NCBI GenBank assembly: GCA_039029275.1
Contig: JBCCGL010000010.1
Span: forward strand, 61-64,060
Length of the DNA stretch: 64,000 nucleotides
Direction: 5' to 3'
DNA from: Pseudomonadota bacterium
GTDB taxonomy: Bacteria > Pseudomonadota > Gammaproteobacteria > JBCCGL01
In this document: positions 9,503-19,408 of the stretch, piece after piece
Position numbering within the stretch: the stretch's first letter is position 1
Layout of the letters: the number at the start of each line of letters is the position of its first letter
The notes under the pieces: generated by a model
What the model was told of the DNA's origin: nothing
What the model saw: the letters and a program-made list of their open reading frames with translations, nothing else
The model's database searches: none
Position numbers and translations under genes: made by a program

Positions 9503-10119
9503 GAATTGTTGCTCCGGTTTTTCATGCGTCGCTGCAAATCAATGATCCAGCCTTTAATTTCCTTACTGATTTCACCCTGCAATGCCTCGTAGGCATTGTA
9601 ATGCTTGAGCGCACAATCCAGATCCTGCAAATAAACGTCACATAGTATGCCAAGATTCAAGTGAGCGAGTGAATACGTTTCATCTCCTGAAATCGCACGT
9701 TGATACGATTCACGCGCCTCACCGAAGAAACCGCTACGTCGTTGAATTAGCCCAAGATAATTGTGCGCAACAGCGTTGCCCGGGTGATTTTGCAGCACGA
9801 CTTCGAATGCACCTTGAGCCTCTTCTTGTTGCTCGTTGCTAAAGTAGGCAATGCCAAGGTTCAAACCCAGAGCTGCATATTGTGGGTATTCGAGAACCGG
9901 CTCGCGCAATAGTTCGATCGCGGTCTGTGGTGCGGAATTTTGCAATGCAGATACAGCCGCACGATGCACCTCGATAACGTCATCTGGGATCTCTGACGCA
10001 ACAACTTCCGCCGAATCCAATTGATCAAGCCCTTCCTGTTTGGGCGTGCTACACGCGATCAACGCGGCAAGTAAAAGGATCGTGCTTGCGAGTCGGCAGG
10101 TATGCTTCATTGCTTTCAT
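9499..10119 (-). CDS. TPR-repeat lipoprotein
   Basis: Lipobox 'LLAALIACS'. Repeated TPR consensus (W-LG-Y...A...F..A). Confidence 0.7.
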   Translation of the reverse strand: MKAMKHTCRLASTILLLAALIACSTPKQEGLDQLDSAEVVASEIPDDVIEVHRAAVSALQNSAPQTAIELLREPVLEYPQYAALGLNLGIAYFSNEQQEEAQGAFEVVLQNHPGNAVAHNYLGLIQRRSGFFGEARESYQRAISGDETYSLAHLNLGILCDVYLQDLDCALKHYNAYEALQGEISKEIKGWIIDLQRRMKNRSNNS

Positions 10120-13010
10120 GGCGTCAACTCCGCCACATAGGGATCGGCGACTTCAGTTTTGTTGTAACGCGCGGGAAGAATCTTGGCCAGGGCCTGCAGG
10201 CTGCGCTTTACCCACTCATCGAACACACCTTGCGGCAAGCGCGCTATGTTTATCTCGAACACTTCGATGGCTTGTTCCTCAAATGGAAAGGCTTCGTCTT
10301 CGAGCAATATCTCGTATTGCTCGAGTTCAAGTTCCGACAAACCTGCCGGGCGCTCAGAGTCGAGCAAGGCCTCGCTCAGGCTGCGATAAATTTCACCCGT
10401 GTGGTAGGTCGCTGCGGTGCTGACTTCCTGCACACCGTAGGCTGCAGCGTCTGAATACATATCGAGAGCGGTAGTCATATGCACTTTTTTACGCGCCAGA
10501 CTTTCCTTTAAGGGGATGCTCAACGTTGCGTTTTGATACGCTGCCATTACGGGTTCAGCCAAAATCAGTACAGCGTTAGCGGCAAGGTACCGGGTGCGCG
10601 GCGTTCGCGCGTTGCCTCCACGCTCTTCGACCTGAACTAGCTGATTGAGCCACTCATTCGCGACCTTTTTGTCGCCCAACTCGTTAGACAGATCCGCCAT
10701 TTTTTGGCGCAGTTCGGTCGCTTCGTCGAGTGGATCCGGATACTGAGAAATGTAACGCGCGTATGCTTGTGCCGCTTGTGCAAGCGCACCAGATTCTTCG
10801 TAAAGTTCTGCTGCCTGCAATCCTGCCTCGCGACGAAACTGCGGATTGTCACTCTGGGTTCCAAGGCGGTTGAACTCTCCTGCGGCCGCGAGTTTCTGAT
10901 CACTATTTAAATACGCGACGGCAAGATTGCGCGTAACTTCAGGCTGCAGCTCGCTTTCTGGAAAACGCGTACGGAACTGTTTAAGGATTGCGATTGCTGG
11001 CACCCACTGTTCGGAATCGAGCAATACGGCAGCGGCGTCATATTCGGCGGTCGCTCGTATCGGAGAATCGGGAACAGCTTCACCTACGCGCATAAAGTGA
11101 CCAACCGCTGTGTCTGTTTGACCGATCGCTCTTGCCTCCTCGCCTTGTCGGTAAATCGAAACGGCCAACAGTTCGGTCACACCTGCGCGGCGTTCATCGT
11201 TGTCCGCGAGAAAACGAAGAACCTGCGAATAAGCGGATTCAGCTCGAGCAAAATTTGAAAGTTCGAACTCCGAGTGCGCGATCACTGACCAGGCGGAAAA
11301 ACGCAGCGTCGATTCCGCCGGCGGATTGAGTTCAACCACTTGCGTCGCCACTTCGATGGTTTGTTCGAGTTCGACCAGGGCATATAACTCGTTCGCCGCC
11401 CGCGTCATTACCGCTACCGCATTGGGATGATCGGGAAACTGATCAAAAAAGAACTGCGCACTTTGCACGCTGGCCAGCTTCCATCGTACTGACTCAGTTT
11501 GCAAATACCCCAACTCATTTTCTACCTTCGCCGCAACAATGGTCTTACGCTCAGGCAGCGGCGGCAGAAGCTCCTGATGCTTATCATAAGAGATCATCGC
11601 CGCGTAACCACTTTCGGCCGCTTTGTCATGCAGCTTATATTTGTACGCCGCCTGTTCGTATTCAATTGTAGCTTCGCGATAGCGTCTGCTTTCGAACAAC
11701 GCTTCAGCCATTAAAAAATGCATTCCGGGCGTCTGCTCATTTGCTGGAAAGTGCGTCAGGTAACGACCGTAGTAGCTCACCGCTTGTGCTAACAGTTCCT
11801 GCTGTTTTGCGGGATTTTTTTCTTCCTGCCCGAGTGCGTGTGAGTATTGCGCTAATTCGACGATGTAGTTTTCAAGGTGAGTGCGAACCTCACCAATCAG
11901 TTCAACGTCTTGAATATTCCACTGCGCGTTACGCTCTTCATACAACAAAATGTAATTGCGTTTTTCTTCGAGCACTTTTTCCGGGAAGTCGGCGCGCGCG
12001 TAGGCGTTGATCGCTCGATGCTGAAAAATCGGCGCCTGCCGACTCTGCGGGTGTTGGCGAACAAATTCCAACTCGGCTGTGGCTGAGTCCGCGTAGCGTT
12101 CTTTTTCCAAATAGTGCGCGGCGAGGCTGCCGTAGATCAAATCCTCGTAGAGGCGCGCGTTCCCGCCTTTGAAGTACTCGGGGATGCTGGATGGACCATC
12201 GAGGTACGACATACTCAAACTGACCGCGCGCAGGGCGTCGCCGAGTAATTCACGATCGGTGCGATTTTTTGCCTGCATCTCGAAATAGCCTTCGTCAAGG
12301 CCCGGCAACGTCAGATCGAACAGCGCAATAAATTCCTCGACACCTTCGTCGAAGCGGCTCTGTTTAAACAGCGTCCAACCGCGTTTATAGAGCGCGCGTT
12401 CGTAGTAGCTGGACGACTCACCAAAATCGATCACCTGTTGATAGGCAAGCGCAGCACCGGACAAATCCTCCGCACTGAACATGAGCTCGGCTCTGCGAAA
12501 ATGGACTTCATCGAGCCCTTCAAGATTGGGATAGTTTTCCGCCAGAGAATTCAAGGTTGCGAGTATGTCGTCGCTGCTGCCCTGCTGCTCATATGTTTTT
12601 GCAAGCTGGTAGTAAACGCCCGGTGCGGTGTCGCTCTCCGGATACTCGGCCAGAAGTCGCTCGTAAAAACCTGCCGCCTCGGAGTAGTGTTTGTCGACTG
12701 CTTGACGGTATTCGATCTTCGCGACCTCATTGGTTTCATCGGGCAGCGGAACCGACTCACCGAGTTCGAGCGTCAAGTCAGCGATACGGCGAATGATTTC
12801 AGGCCGCGCCGTGTCATTGGGTTCCAACTCCAACAACAGCTGGTAGTTTTTAAGTGCCTTGTTGCGCGCATCCGGAATTGGCTGGCTGTCGGGCACAACC
12901 GGTTCCACGGTCGGCACCGCAGATAAGGTTTCAGCCTGCATGACAACGGGTTCGGGCGTCGTGCATGCACTGGTCATTAAACCCAAAACCACGATCAGGC
13001 CGTACCTCAC
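10116..13010 (-). CDS. large tetratricopeptide-repeat protein (964 aa)
   Basis: Signal/lipoprotein-like N-terminus 'LIVVLGLMTSAC'. Many TPR-like helical repeats throughout. Confidence 0.7.
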   Translation of the reverse strand: MRYGLIVVLGLMTSACTTPEPVVMQAETLSAVPTVEPVVPDSQPIPDARNKALKNYQLLLELEPNDTARPEIIRRIADLTLELGESVPLPDETNEVAKIEYRQAVDKHYSEAAGFYERLLAEYPESDTAPGVYYQLAKTYEQQGSSDDILATLNSLAENYPNLEGLDEVHFRRAELMFSAEDLSGAALAYQQVIDFGESSSYYERALYKRGWTLFKQSRFDEGVEEFIALFDLTLPGLDEGYFEMQAKNRTDRELLGDALRAVSLSMSYLDGPSSIPEYFKGGNARLYEDLIYGSLAAHYLEKERYADSATAELEFVRQHPQSRQAPIFQHRAINAYARADFPEKVLEEKRNYILLYEERNAQWNIQDVELIGEVRTHLENYIVELAQYSHALGQEEKNPAKQQELLAQAVSYYGRYLTHFPANEQTPGMHFLMAEALFESRRYREATIEYEQAAYKYKLHDKAAESGYAAMISYDKHQELLPPLPERKTIVAAKVENELGYLQTESVRWKLASVQSAQFFFDQFPDHPNAVAVMTRAANELYALVELEQTIEVATQVVELNPPAESTLRFSAWSVIAHSEFELSNFARAESAYSQVLRFLADNDERRAGVTELLAVSIYRQGEEARAIGQTDTAVGHFMRVGEAVPDSPIRATAEYDAAAVLLDSEQWVPAIAILKQFRTRFPESELQPEVTRNLAVAYLNSDQKLAAAGEFNRLGTQSDNPQFRREAGLQAAELYEESGALAQAAQAYARYISQYPDPLDEATELRQKMADLSNELGDKKVANEWLNQLVQVEERGGNARTPRTRYLAANAVLILAEPVMAAYQNATLSIPLKESLARKKVHMTTALDMYSDAAAYGVQEVSTAATYHTGEIYRSLSEALLDSERPAGLSELELEQYEILLEDEAFPFEEQAIEVFEINIARLPQGVFDEWVKRSLQALAKILPARYNKTEVADPYVAELTP

Positions 13011-15094
13011 TGCAGCGGCACCTCGGTTTCATCTGGAAGATCATCTGCTGTCTCAGGAATCTCCACAGCCGCCCGATCGTAAACCTGTGCGAGCGAATAG
13101 CGCGCTTGAAGTTGATAGCTCGTTAGTCTCTCGCTTAAGTTATTCAGACGCTCGACCGCCAGAGATTCAAGTCGTCTCCTCAGTTGCGCTGCAACTCGCT
13201 CGACATCGACGAAAGCACTTTCAACGCGACTACGTCCATCACGAATTCGGACGTCGAGCACGTCGTAATTATCCGGCGCCGACTGTTGCGCCGATTTCAG
13301 CGATGCCAGACGGGTTGCCGCGATTCCAATCTGGATTTCGAGTTCGGCAAGCTGCTTTTCGATCTCACGTTTACGAGCGAAGTAATCGGCTTGAACCTCC
13401 CACAACAAAACACCGCGCAGCAAACGCGCTTTCTCCCACGCTGGCATAAGATCCTGCGCCTGCGGATTGCTGCTCAGTGCCGCGCGCTGAACCGATTGAG
13501 CAATACGTAACTCACGCGCGTGCGGCGACAGCTCACCGCCACTTTTGTAGCTCGCCGGTTCTCGAGGTTCGTCAAAAAACCTGTCGAACCCATACAGCGT
13601 TGCCAAAGGGCTAACGGTTGTGGAATTTGCGACCTCGCTGAGGTGTTTGCTGACACTTTCGATCGACGCCCATTGACGTTTGTGCGCAGGCCTGGCGAAG
13701 AAAATTAAATCACCCGCCTGCTCCGCTTGCCCGACCTGTGTCTGCCAGTTGTTGTATCGAGTGCGCGTTTGATCAAGATCGAGTTGCTCGACGTAATCTT
13801 GCGTTAGGGGTAGTTGGCGAGCATAGCGTTGCTCGCGCGTCGATAGCATGTCCTCAAATGCGTCAATTGATGTTTGCCAGTGTTGCAGGTTGCGTCGGAG
13901 CTGGTGAATTTCCCGCAAATTCTGAAACGTCTGCTGAAACGCGTTGCTCGCCATCAAATCGCGAAAATAGCGCAGTCCTGCGAGATCGGATTGTTTCAGA
14001 TCGGCCCCAACCCTGATTCGTACCGGAAGTGCAAGCAGGTTGTCGAGCAGTTCGCCGTCGCGCACGGAATCGATTGTTCCAGCAAGATTAACCTGTTCAC
14101 GCTCGTACGCGTCCAACGCAAACTGATATCCGTCGGCTGCCTGCGAATACGCGCCGAGTTCGCCGTAGGCATAGGGAATCGCCAGTAATGCCTCCTGCAC
14201 GGAGGGATCGCTACTGTCGCGCTGGGCCAGTGCTCTCCACGGCGCCAGCGCCTGCTGATAGCTCTCTGCTTCGCCGTCTGCCCAGCCGCTGCCAAGCAGT
14301 GCCTGATTCGAGTACGGCCCTTCCAGACGCACAAAACTTAAATACGCTTTGGCCGCGCTGAAATCTTGCTCGTCGAGCAATCGATACCCGATCGCGAGGT
14401 TGGCCTTGTCACGCAACGTGTAGACTTCATCATCGACCGGCGGCGCTTGCGCCACTTTTTCCAGCGTCAGCAATCCTTCCTGCAGATCGCCATTTTGCAT
14501 CTGCGCAATACCGTAGTTGTACTGCGCGTAGGCGCGCCACGCGCCCGGCATCTCTTGCCAGTCGGCCAAAGACTCGATTGCGTCCGCAGGGCGAAACTGA
14601 CGCAGGGCGATGGTTGCGCGAATCAGCGATTGTTCGGCATGGATTGGCGAGCCAACCTCTGCCATCACTTTTTGCATGGCTTGATCGGCGTCAGATAAAT
14701 ACCCGCGCTGGTACAAGAGCTTACCGAGAAAAAACCACGCGCGATCACGTACGCTGGCCGAGACCTCTTCAGTCAGCAACTGTCGGAAAATCTCTTCCGC
14801 CTCGATGTGTAAGCCGTACTCGAGCTTAAGCCCGCCCATTAACAGGCGCGCGTTTTCGACGTGATGTTCGATGCGGTCGCGCTCCTGCGAAACGAGCAGG
14901 TTGACCAGCGCGTTGAACGGTGCGCTCTGATAGTGGTAAAACAAGACTTCGCCATAATGGATATCGCGAATTGCCCCAATATCCTGCGCGCGCAAACTTG
15001 TTGGCGCTTCTTCAGCTGATGCGTTTACACACAGCGCCGCGAATGCAATCGCGCACAGCAGCGAGCGAAACAGGCCTGAACGGCGAACTACCAT
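13007..15094 (-). CDS. tetratricopeptide-repeat protein (695 aa), secreted
   Basis: Signal peptide 'LLCAIAFAALCVNASA'. TPR-like repeats (e.g. 'AWFFLGKLLYQRGYLSDA'). Overlaps downstream gene start by 4 nt. Confidence 0.7.
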   Translation of the reverse strand: MVVRRSGLFRSLLCAIAFAALCVNASAEEAPTSLRAQDIGAIRDIHYGEVLFYHYQSAPFNALVNLLVSQERDRIEHHVENARLLMGGLKLEYGLHIEAEEIFRQLLTEEVSASVRDRAWFFLGKLLYQRGYLSDADQAMQKVMAEVGSPIHAEQSLIRATIALRQFRPADAIESLADWQEMPGAWRAYAQYNYGIAQMQNGDLQEGLLTLEKVAQAPPVDDEVYTLRDKANLAIGYRLLDEQDFSAAKAYLSFVRLEGPYSNQALLGSGWADGEAESYQQALAPWRALAQRDSSDPSVQEALLAIPYAYGELGAYSQAADGYQFALDAYEREQVNLAGTIDSVRDGELLDNLLALPVRIRVGADLKQSDLAGLRYFRDLMASNAFQQTFQNLREIHQLRRNLQHWQTSIDAFEDMLSTREQRYARQLPLTQDYVEQLDLDQTRTRYNNWQTQVGQAEQAGDLIFFARPAHKRQWASIESVSKHLSEVANSTTVSPLATLYGFDRFFDEPREPASYKSGGELSPHARELRIAQSVQRAALSSNPQAQDLMPAWEKARLLRGVLLWEVQADYFARKREIEKQLAELEIQIGIAATRLASLKSAQQSAPDNYDVLDVRIRDGRSRVESAFVDVERVAAQLRRRLESLAVERLNNLSERLTSYQLQARYSLAQVYDRAAVEIPETADDLPDETEVPLQ

Positions 15095-15684
15095 TCTTTG
15101 ATAACGAATTCGGGCTGCTCTTTGCTCTGTCGATCTGAAATGATCAACTCGACGTATTTGGGCCCTAATTCTTTCTCGACAACCATGGTAGAACCACGAC
15201 GGTACTCACGGCCGTTGGGCCCAATGCCGGTGAATATAGCGATGAGTTCGTGCTCGCCGGTTGTGAGATTTCCAGTGAATAGCCGTTGCACACCGCCGCG
15301 CAGAAGCGCTTCGGTCTCACGCGGCGTGTAGAGGTAATTAGCGGTGTTTGTGCCGTCGATGGTCAGTTGCACCGAATCGAGGGCGAAGAACGTGCCCACG
15401 TCCATCGACACGAAAACCGAGATCTGTGTACTGGCCGGAAACAGCAAATCTTCTTCGAGAATGTAGAGGTCTCGATTGATATCAAGCAGTGTCTGTTTGA
15501 GCGTTTGGATCTCGGTGTCGAGGTCGCTGACGCTGTCCTCGTCATTGGCGCTGGCAACACCAATCACAAGTAGTAGTGTCAGCAGGAGGTTCGTAAATGA
15601 TTTCACTGTTTTTCCGATGTTGAGCCACGAGCAAGAAAGTGTATGCATACAGATTAACTTTACATCATGCTCGCATACTGGCAA
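15088..15684 (-). CDS. secreted hypothetical protein, first gene of the TonB/TPR cluster (possibly DUF3450-like); true start likely internal
   Basis: Internal signal peptide 'KSFTNLLLTLLLVIGVASA', then a coiled-coil segment. 7-nt overlap with the next gene. Confidence 0.4.
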   Translation of the reverse strand: MPVCEHDVKLICMHTLSCSWLNIGKTVKSFTNLLLTLLLVIGVASANDEDSVSDLDTEIQTLKQTLLDINRDLYILEEDLLFPASTQISVFVSMDVGTFFALDSVQLTIDGTNTANYLYTPRETEALLRGGVQRLFTGNLTTGEHELIAIFTGIGPNGREYRRGSTMVVEKELGPKYVELIISDRQSKEQPEFVIKEW

Positions 15685-15854
15685 CCGTGAGGCAGCAGTC
15701 GCTCGTTCAACGATAAATCATACCTGTAAGGGGTAAGTATTTGTTAGTTAAAGCGAACTCAGTATGTTCAAGGGGATGGATGGGGGTGGATTTCCGACCG
15801 TTGGTTTTTCGCTGCAACACAATTTAACGGAGGGTCAAATTCAGCCTGACCGCG

Positions 15855-16883
15855 TCATTTTGATTCACTAAATCCGCTGGAGTAATGTATTTCACCGTTG
15901 TTATCCACGATTACGGCTTCAAACCCTGCTGTGTTGTCGATCAGTTCGAGACCATCCGTAAGCCCTAACACGAAAACGCCTGTCGCCAGTCCGTCTGTGA
16001 GCGTTGCATCGGGCCCGATCACAGTTGCGCTGCGCATCCTGCGCGCCGAGTCACCAGTATTCGGATCCAGAATATGGTGGTAGCGAACGCCATCCTCGAC
16101 AAAAAAGCGCTGATAGTCACCCGAGGTTGAAACAGCCTCATTTGCTACTGGCAGAATCGCGGCTACAGCGTCATTCTGGCGCGGGTCCTGCACGCCAATG
16201 GTCCATGGGCGACCGTTGTGGTCACCAATAAAACGCGAATCCCCTCCAGCGCTGATTTGCGCAAACCGCACCCCGGCTGCACGCCAAAGCGCGGCGACAC
16301 GCTCCACCGCGAAACCCTTGCCAAGCCCGCCAAATCCGACGCGCACCCCGTCTGCACTGTATGCGACGGTCTTGTTTGCCGAATCCAGAACCACGCGGCG
16401 AAAGTCAATCAGGTCTCCCAATTCGACCAGCTCAACATTGTCAGGACGTTGCGATGCGCGAAAATCATATCGGTAGCCCGCACTCAGAAATGTGACATCG
16501 AATGCGCCCTGCGTCTGCTTGAACAACTGCGCGGCCTGTTCGAACAACAGGAACATTTCCTCGTCAACTTTTACGGGACCGCGCGCCGCGTTTTGATTGA
16601 CGTAGGCAAGCGGATTGTCCTCGCGATAGGCACTATAGGTCTTCTCGATTCGCTTGAACTCGCGCATCGCATCAGCGAATAATCGCGTTGAATCAAACTC
16701 AGGCTCATCCCACAGCTTGAGGACGATATCGGTGGTCATTGCCGTATCGCGATGTTCGCGCCAGTCGGCGGATGCTGTCTGGATGATCATGATAATCGCA
16801 AAAAAACACACACCGACAAGGTGAAGCACGCGCGGTGTCGCATTCCGTACGTCCAGCTGTGTTAATGGCGTGATCGGATTCAT
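15855..16883 (-). CDS. apbE: FAD:protein FMN transferase (ApbE family)
   Basis: 342 aa, N-terminal TM/signal, ApbE motifs 'GGIGKGFAVERV' and 'ATVIGPDATLTDGLATGVFVLG'. Confidence 0.85.
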   Translation of the reverse strand: MNPITPLTQLDVRNATPRVLHLVGVCFFAIIMIIQTASADWREHRDTAMTTDIVLKLWDEPEFDSTRLFADAMREFKRIEKTYSAYREDNPLAYVNQNAARGPVKVDEEMFLLFEQAAQLFKQTQGAFDVTFLSAGYRYDFRASQRPDNVELVELGDLIDFRRVVLDSANKTVAYSADGVRVGFGGLGKGFAVERVAALWRAAGVRFAQISAGGDSRFIGDHNGRPWTIGVQDPRQNDAVAAILPVANEAVSTSGDYQRFFVEDGVRYHHILDPNTGDSARRMRSATVIGPDATLTDGLATGVFVLGLTDGLELIDNTAGFEAVIVDNNGEIHYSSGFSESK

Positions 16884-16975
16884 TCTCCGCTCACCAAAGA
16901 TTTGTTCACTCAGTCACCGTCCGTTTTAGAACCAACTGCTATTCTCTAATGAATTTAAAGGCTTGAGTAGACGTA

Positions 16976-18007
16976 ATGCCCGGGAATTCAATTTTGGTGA
17001 CAGGCGGTGCCGGTTATATCGGTAGCCATACCTGTGTTGAACTATTGCAGTCTGGATTTGAACTGGTTGTATTCGATGACCTGAGCAACAGCAAAGTCGA
17101 GTCACTGCAACGCGTGCAACGCATCACCGGAAAAGCACCGGGATTTGTCGAAGGTGACGTGCGTGATCGCGCTGCGCTACGCGATGTTTTTGCCCGGTAC
17201 GATATCGGTGCAGTCATCCATTTTGCCGGCCTAAAAGCTGTCGGTGAGTCATCGCAAATACCGTTACGCTACTACGACGTCAACGTGGGCGGCAGCATTG
17301 CTCTCGCCGACGTCATGCAAGAATTCGGTTGCTTTCGATTCGTGTTCAGCTCATCGGCAACCGTTTACGGTGCCGATGCACCGATCCCGTATGTGGAGAC
17401 CTACCCGACCGGCGCGATAAACGTTTACGGTCGCACCAAGCTGATGGTCGAAGAGATCTTACGCGACGCCTGCAATCAGCCGGACAGCCAATGGAAGGTA
17501 ACGCTGCTCCGGTACTTTAATCCAATCGGCGCGCACAGCAGCGGCTTGATCGGTGAAGATCCACAGGGCATTCCTAATAACTTGCTGCCGTACGTTGCCC
17601 AGGTCGCAGTCGGCAAATTGCCTCAATTACAGGTGTACGGTGACGATTACCCCACCGTCGACGGCACCGGCGTGCGTGACTACATCCATGTCGTCGACCT
17701 GGCGCGCGGTCATGTGCGCGCCTTGCAAACGATGGATGACATCAGCACGGGCTGTCGCGTTTACAATCTGGGCGGCGGCAAAGGCTCAAGCGTGTTCGAA
17801 GTGATCAAGGCGTTCGAGAAAGCCAGCGGTAAAAACATTCCCTACAAGGTGGCGCCGCGCCGCGAGGGTGATCTGGCCGAATACTATGCAAATGCCGAGT
17901 TGGCTTTGAAAGAACTTAACTGGAAAACAGAGTACGACCTCGACACCATGGTTGCCGATACCTGGCGCTGGCAGTCAAACAATCCGGACGGATTTGACAG
18001 CAAGTAG
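16976..18007 (+). CDS. galE: UDP-glucose 4-epimerase
   Basis: 'ILVTGGAGYIGSHT' Rossmann fold, YxxxK, 343 aa, typical GalE throughout. Confidence 0.9.
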   Translation: MPGNSILVTGGAGYIGSHTCVELLQSGFELVVFDDLSNSKVESLQRVQRITGKAPGFVEGDVRDRAALRDVFARYDIGAVIHFAGLKAVGESSQIPLRYYDVNVGGSIALADVMQEFGCFRFVFSSSATVYGADAPIPYVETYPTGAINVYGRTKLMVEEILRDACNQPDSQWKVTLLRYFNPIGAHSSGLIGEDPQGIPNNLLPYVAQVAVGKLPQLQVYGDDYPTVDGTGVRDYIHVVDLARGHVRALQTMDDISTGCRVYNLGGGKGSSVFEVIKAFEKASGKNIPYKVAPRREGDLAEYYANAELALKELNWKTEYDLDTMVADTWRWQSNNPDGFDSK

Positions 18008-18026
18008 ATAGTGCGTCGGAGAAACT

Positions 18027-19349
18027 TTAATAGAGAACGTGATCGATGCGCGGGTGATTGGCCGTTGCCAACCGCGCAGCGAGAATCTTGGAAAACGTCT
18101 TGTAGTAGTAAAGCTGCGTGTTCGATGAAATCTTGTCGAAAAACTCGTGGCTGATACGGTACAGGCTGACTGGCGACACGGCCTCGATTGTCGCGATACT
18201 CTTCTCCTGATTGATAAATCCCATCTCGCCAAAGCAGTCTCCGCAGCCAATGACTTCCATCAATCGGCCGCTGCGGCGCGCAACCATCTCGCCCGAAGTA
18301 ACCAGATAAAGGTGGTCGTCGACTTCGCCTTCTTCGAGCACCACATCGCCAGGATTGTGTCGCACCAGAGTACTCGATTCGGCCAACTGGTCGATCTCAG
18401 CTTCGGTCATTTCCTTGAACACTGCGATATCCCGCAGTGCGGATCGTCGTTCGCTAAGACTCGTCGAGCGTGACACCGGTCGCATCCGATCGGCCATCCG
18501 TGAGATTTCGTCGGCGAATTCTCCGCCGGTCTGGTAGCGCTTGTCGGGGTCTTTCTGCAGTGCCTTGTCGAGAATATCGGACAAGTGCCCGGGAAGGTCG
18601 CTGCGGACATCGCTTAAGCGAGGCGCGGGTTGTCCAACCACACAGCGGAATAAATCACGCACCTTTTTTGCTTCGAACAGCTGCTTTCCGGTCAGCATTT
18701 CAAACATGACTGTGGCGAGCGAATACAAATCGCTTTGCGGCCCTAACGACACCCCGAGAATCTGCTCTGGCGACATGTAGTTCGGGGTGCCCAGCGACGG
18801 ACCACCTTTGCTGATCGCTTTTTGCGTTGTCGAGATTGCGATACCAAAATCGAGCAATTTTGATACGCCTTCGTCTGTCAGCATAATGTTAGAGGGCTTG
18901 ATATCGCGATGAATGATGCCCTGCTTATGCGAGTAGTCGAGCGCTTGCGCGCACTCAAAAATAATTTCCAATACCTTATGCGGCGGCAGTTGTTTCTGTC
19001 GTTTGCCGTACTTGCTCAGTGGCGTGCCGCGCGCGTATTCCATTATCAGGTAATTGAGATTTTCCTCGATGCCTGCGTCGTACAAGGCAACGATATGCGG
19101 GTGTTTGAGTTTGCCCGCAGCGGCGGCTTCGGTCAGAAACGCACGCTGCGCGGCGGGGAATTTTTTCGAATCGGTCTCACCACTGTCATTGAGCGATATC
19201 TTGATTGCGACCTCACGGTAAATCACCGGATCGTAGCCTTTGTAGACCACGCCGCACGTGCCGCTACCGAGACACTGCCCGACTTCGTACTTGCCGATTC
19301 GATCAGGTACGTTAATACCTAGTGACAATGCGTGGGTTGGTTTAGCCAT
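18027..19349 (-). CDS. Hanks-type Ser/Thr protein kinase fused to a C-terminal cyclic-nucleotide-binding (CAP-effector) domain
   Basis: Kinase subdomains 'LGSGTCGVVYKG', 'VAIK', 'HRDIKPSNIML', 'DFGIA', 'PNYMSPEQ'. C-terminal cNMP-binding domain 'GEVDDHLYLVTSGEM...FGEMGFINQEKSIATIEA'. Start set at the internal ATG (MAKPTHAL) to avoid overlap with mpl; the ORF could extend to 19436. Confidence 0.8.
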   Translation of the reverse strand: MAKPTHALSLGINVPDRIGKYEVGQCLGSGTCGVVYKGYDPVIYREVAIKISLNDSGETDSKKFPAAQRAFLTEAAAAGKLKHPHIVALYDAGIEENLNYLIMEYARGTPLSKYGKRQKQLPPHKVLEIIFECAQALDYSHKQGIIHRDIKPSNIMLTDEGVSKLLDFGIAISTTQKAISKGGPSLGTPNYMSPEQILGVSLGPQSDLYSLATVMFEMLTGKQLFEAKKVRDLFRCVVGQPAPRLSDVRSDLPGHLSDILDKALQKDPDKRYQTGGEFADEISRMADRMRPVSRSTSLSERRSALRDIAVFKEMTEAEIDQLAESSTLVRHNPGDVVLEEGEVDDHLYLVTSGEMVARRSGRLMEVIGCGDCFGEMGFINQEKSIATIEAVSPVSLYRISHEFFDKISSNTQLYYYKTFSKILAARLATANHPRIDHVLY

Positions 19350-19408
19350 TCGTATCTTGCGTTTTTCTACGTTGCCAATTCGTGGTTGTTCAATACAAGA
19401 TCGTTTCG

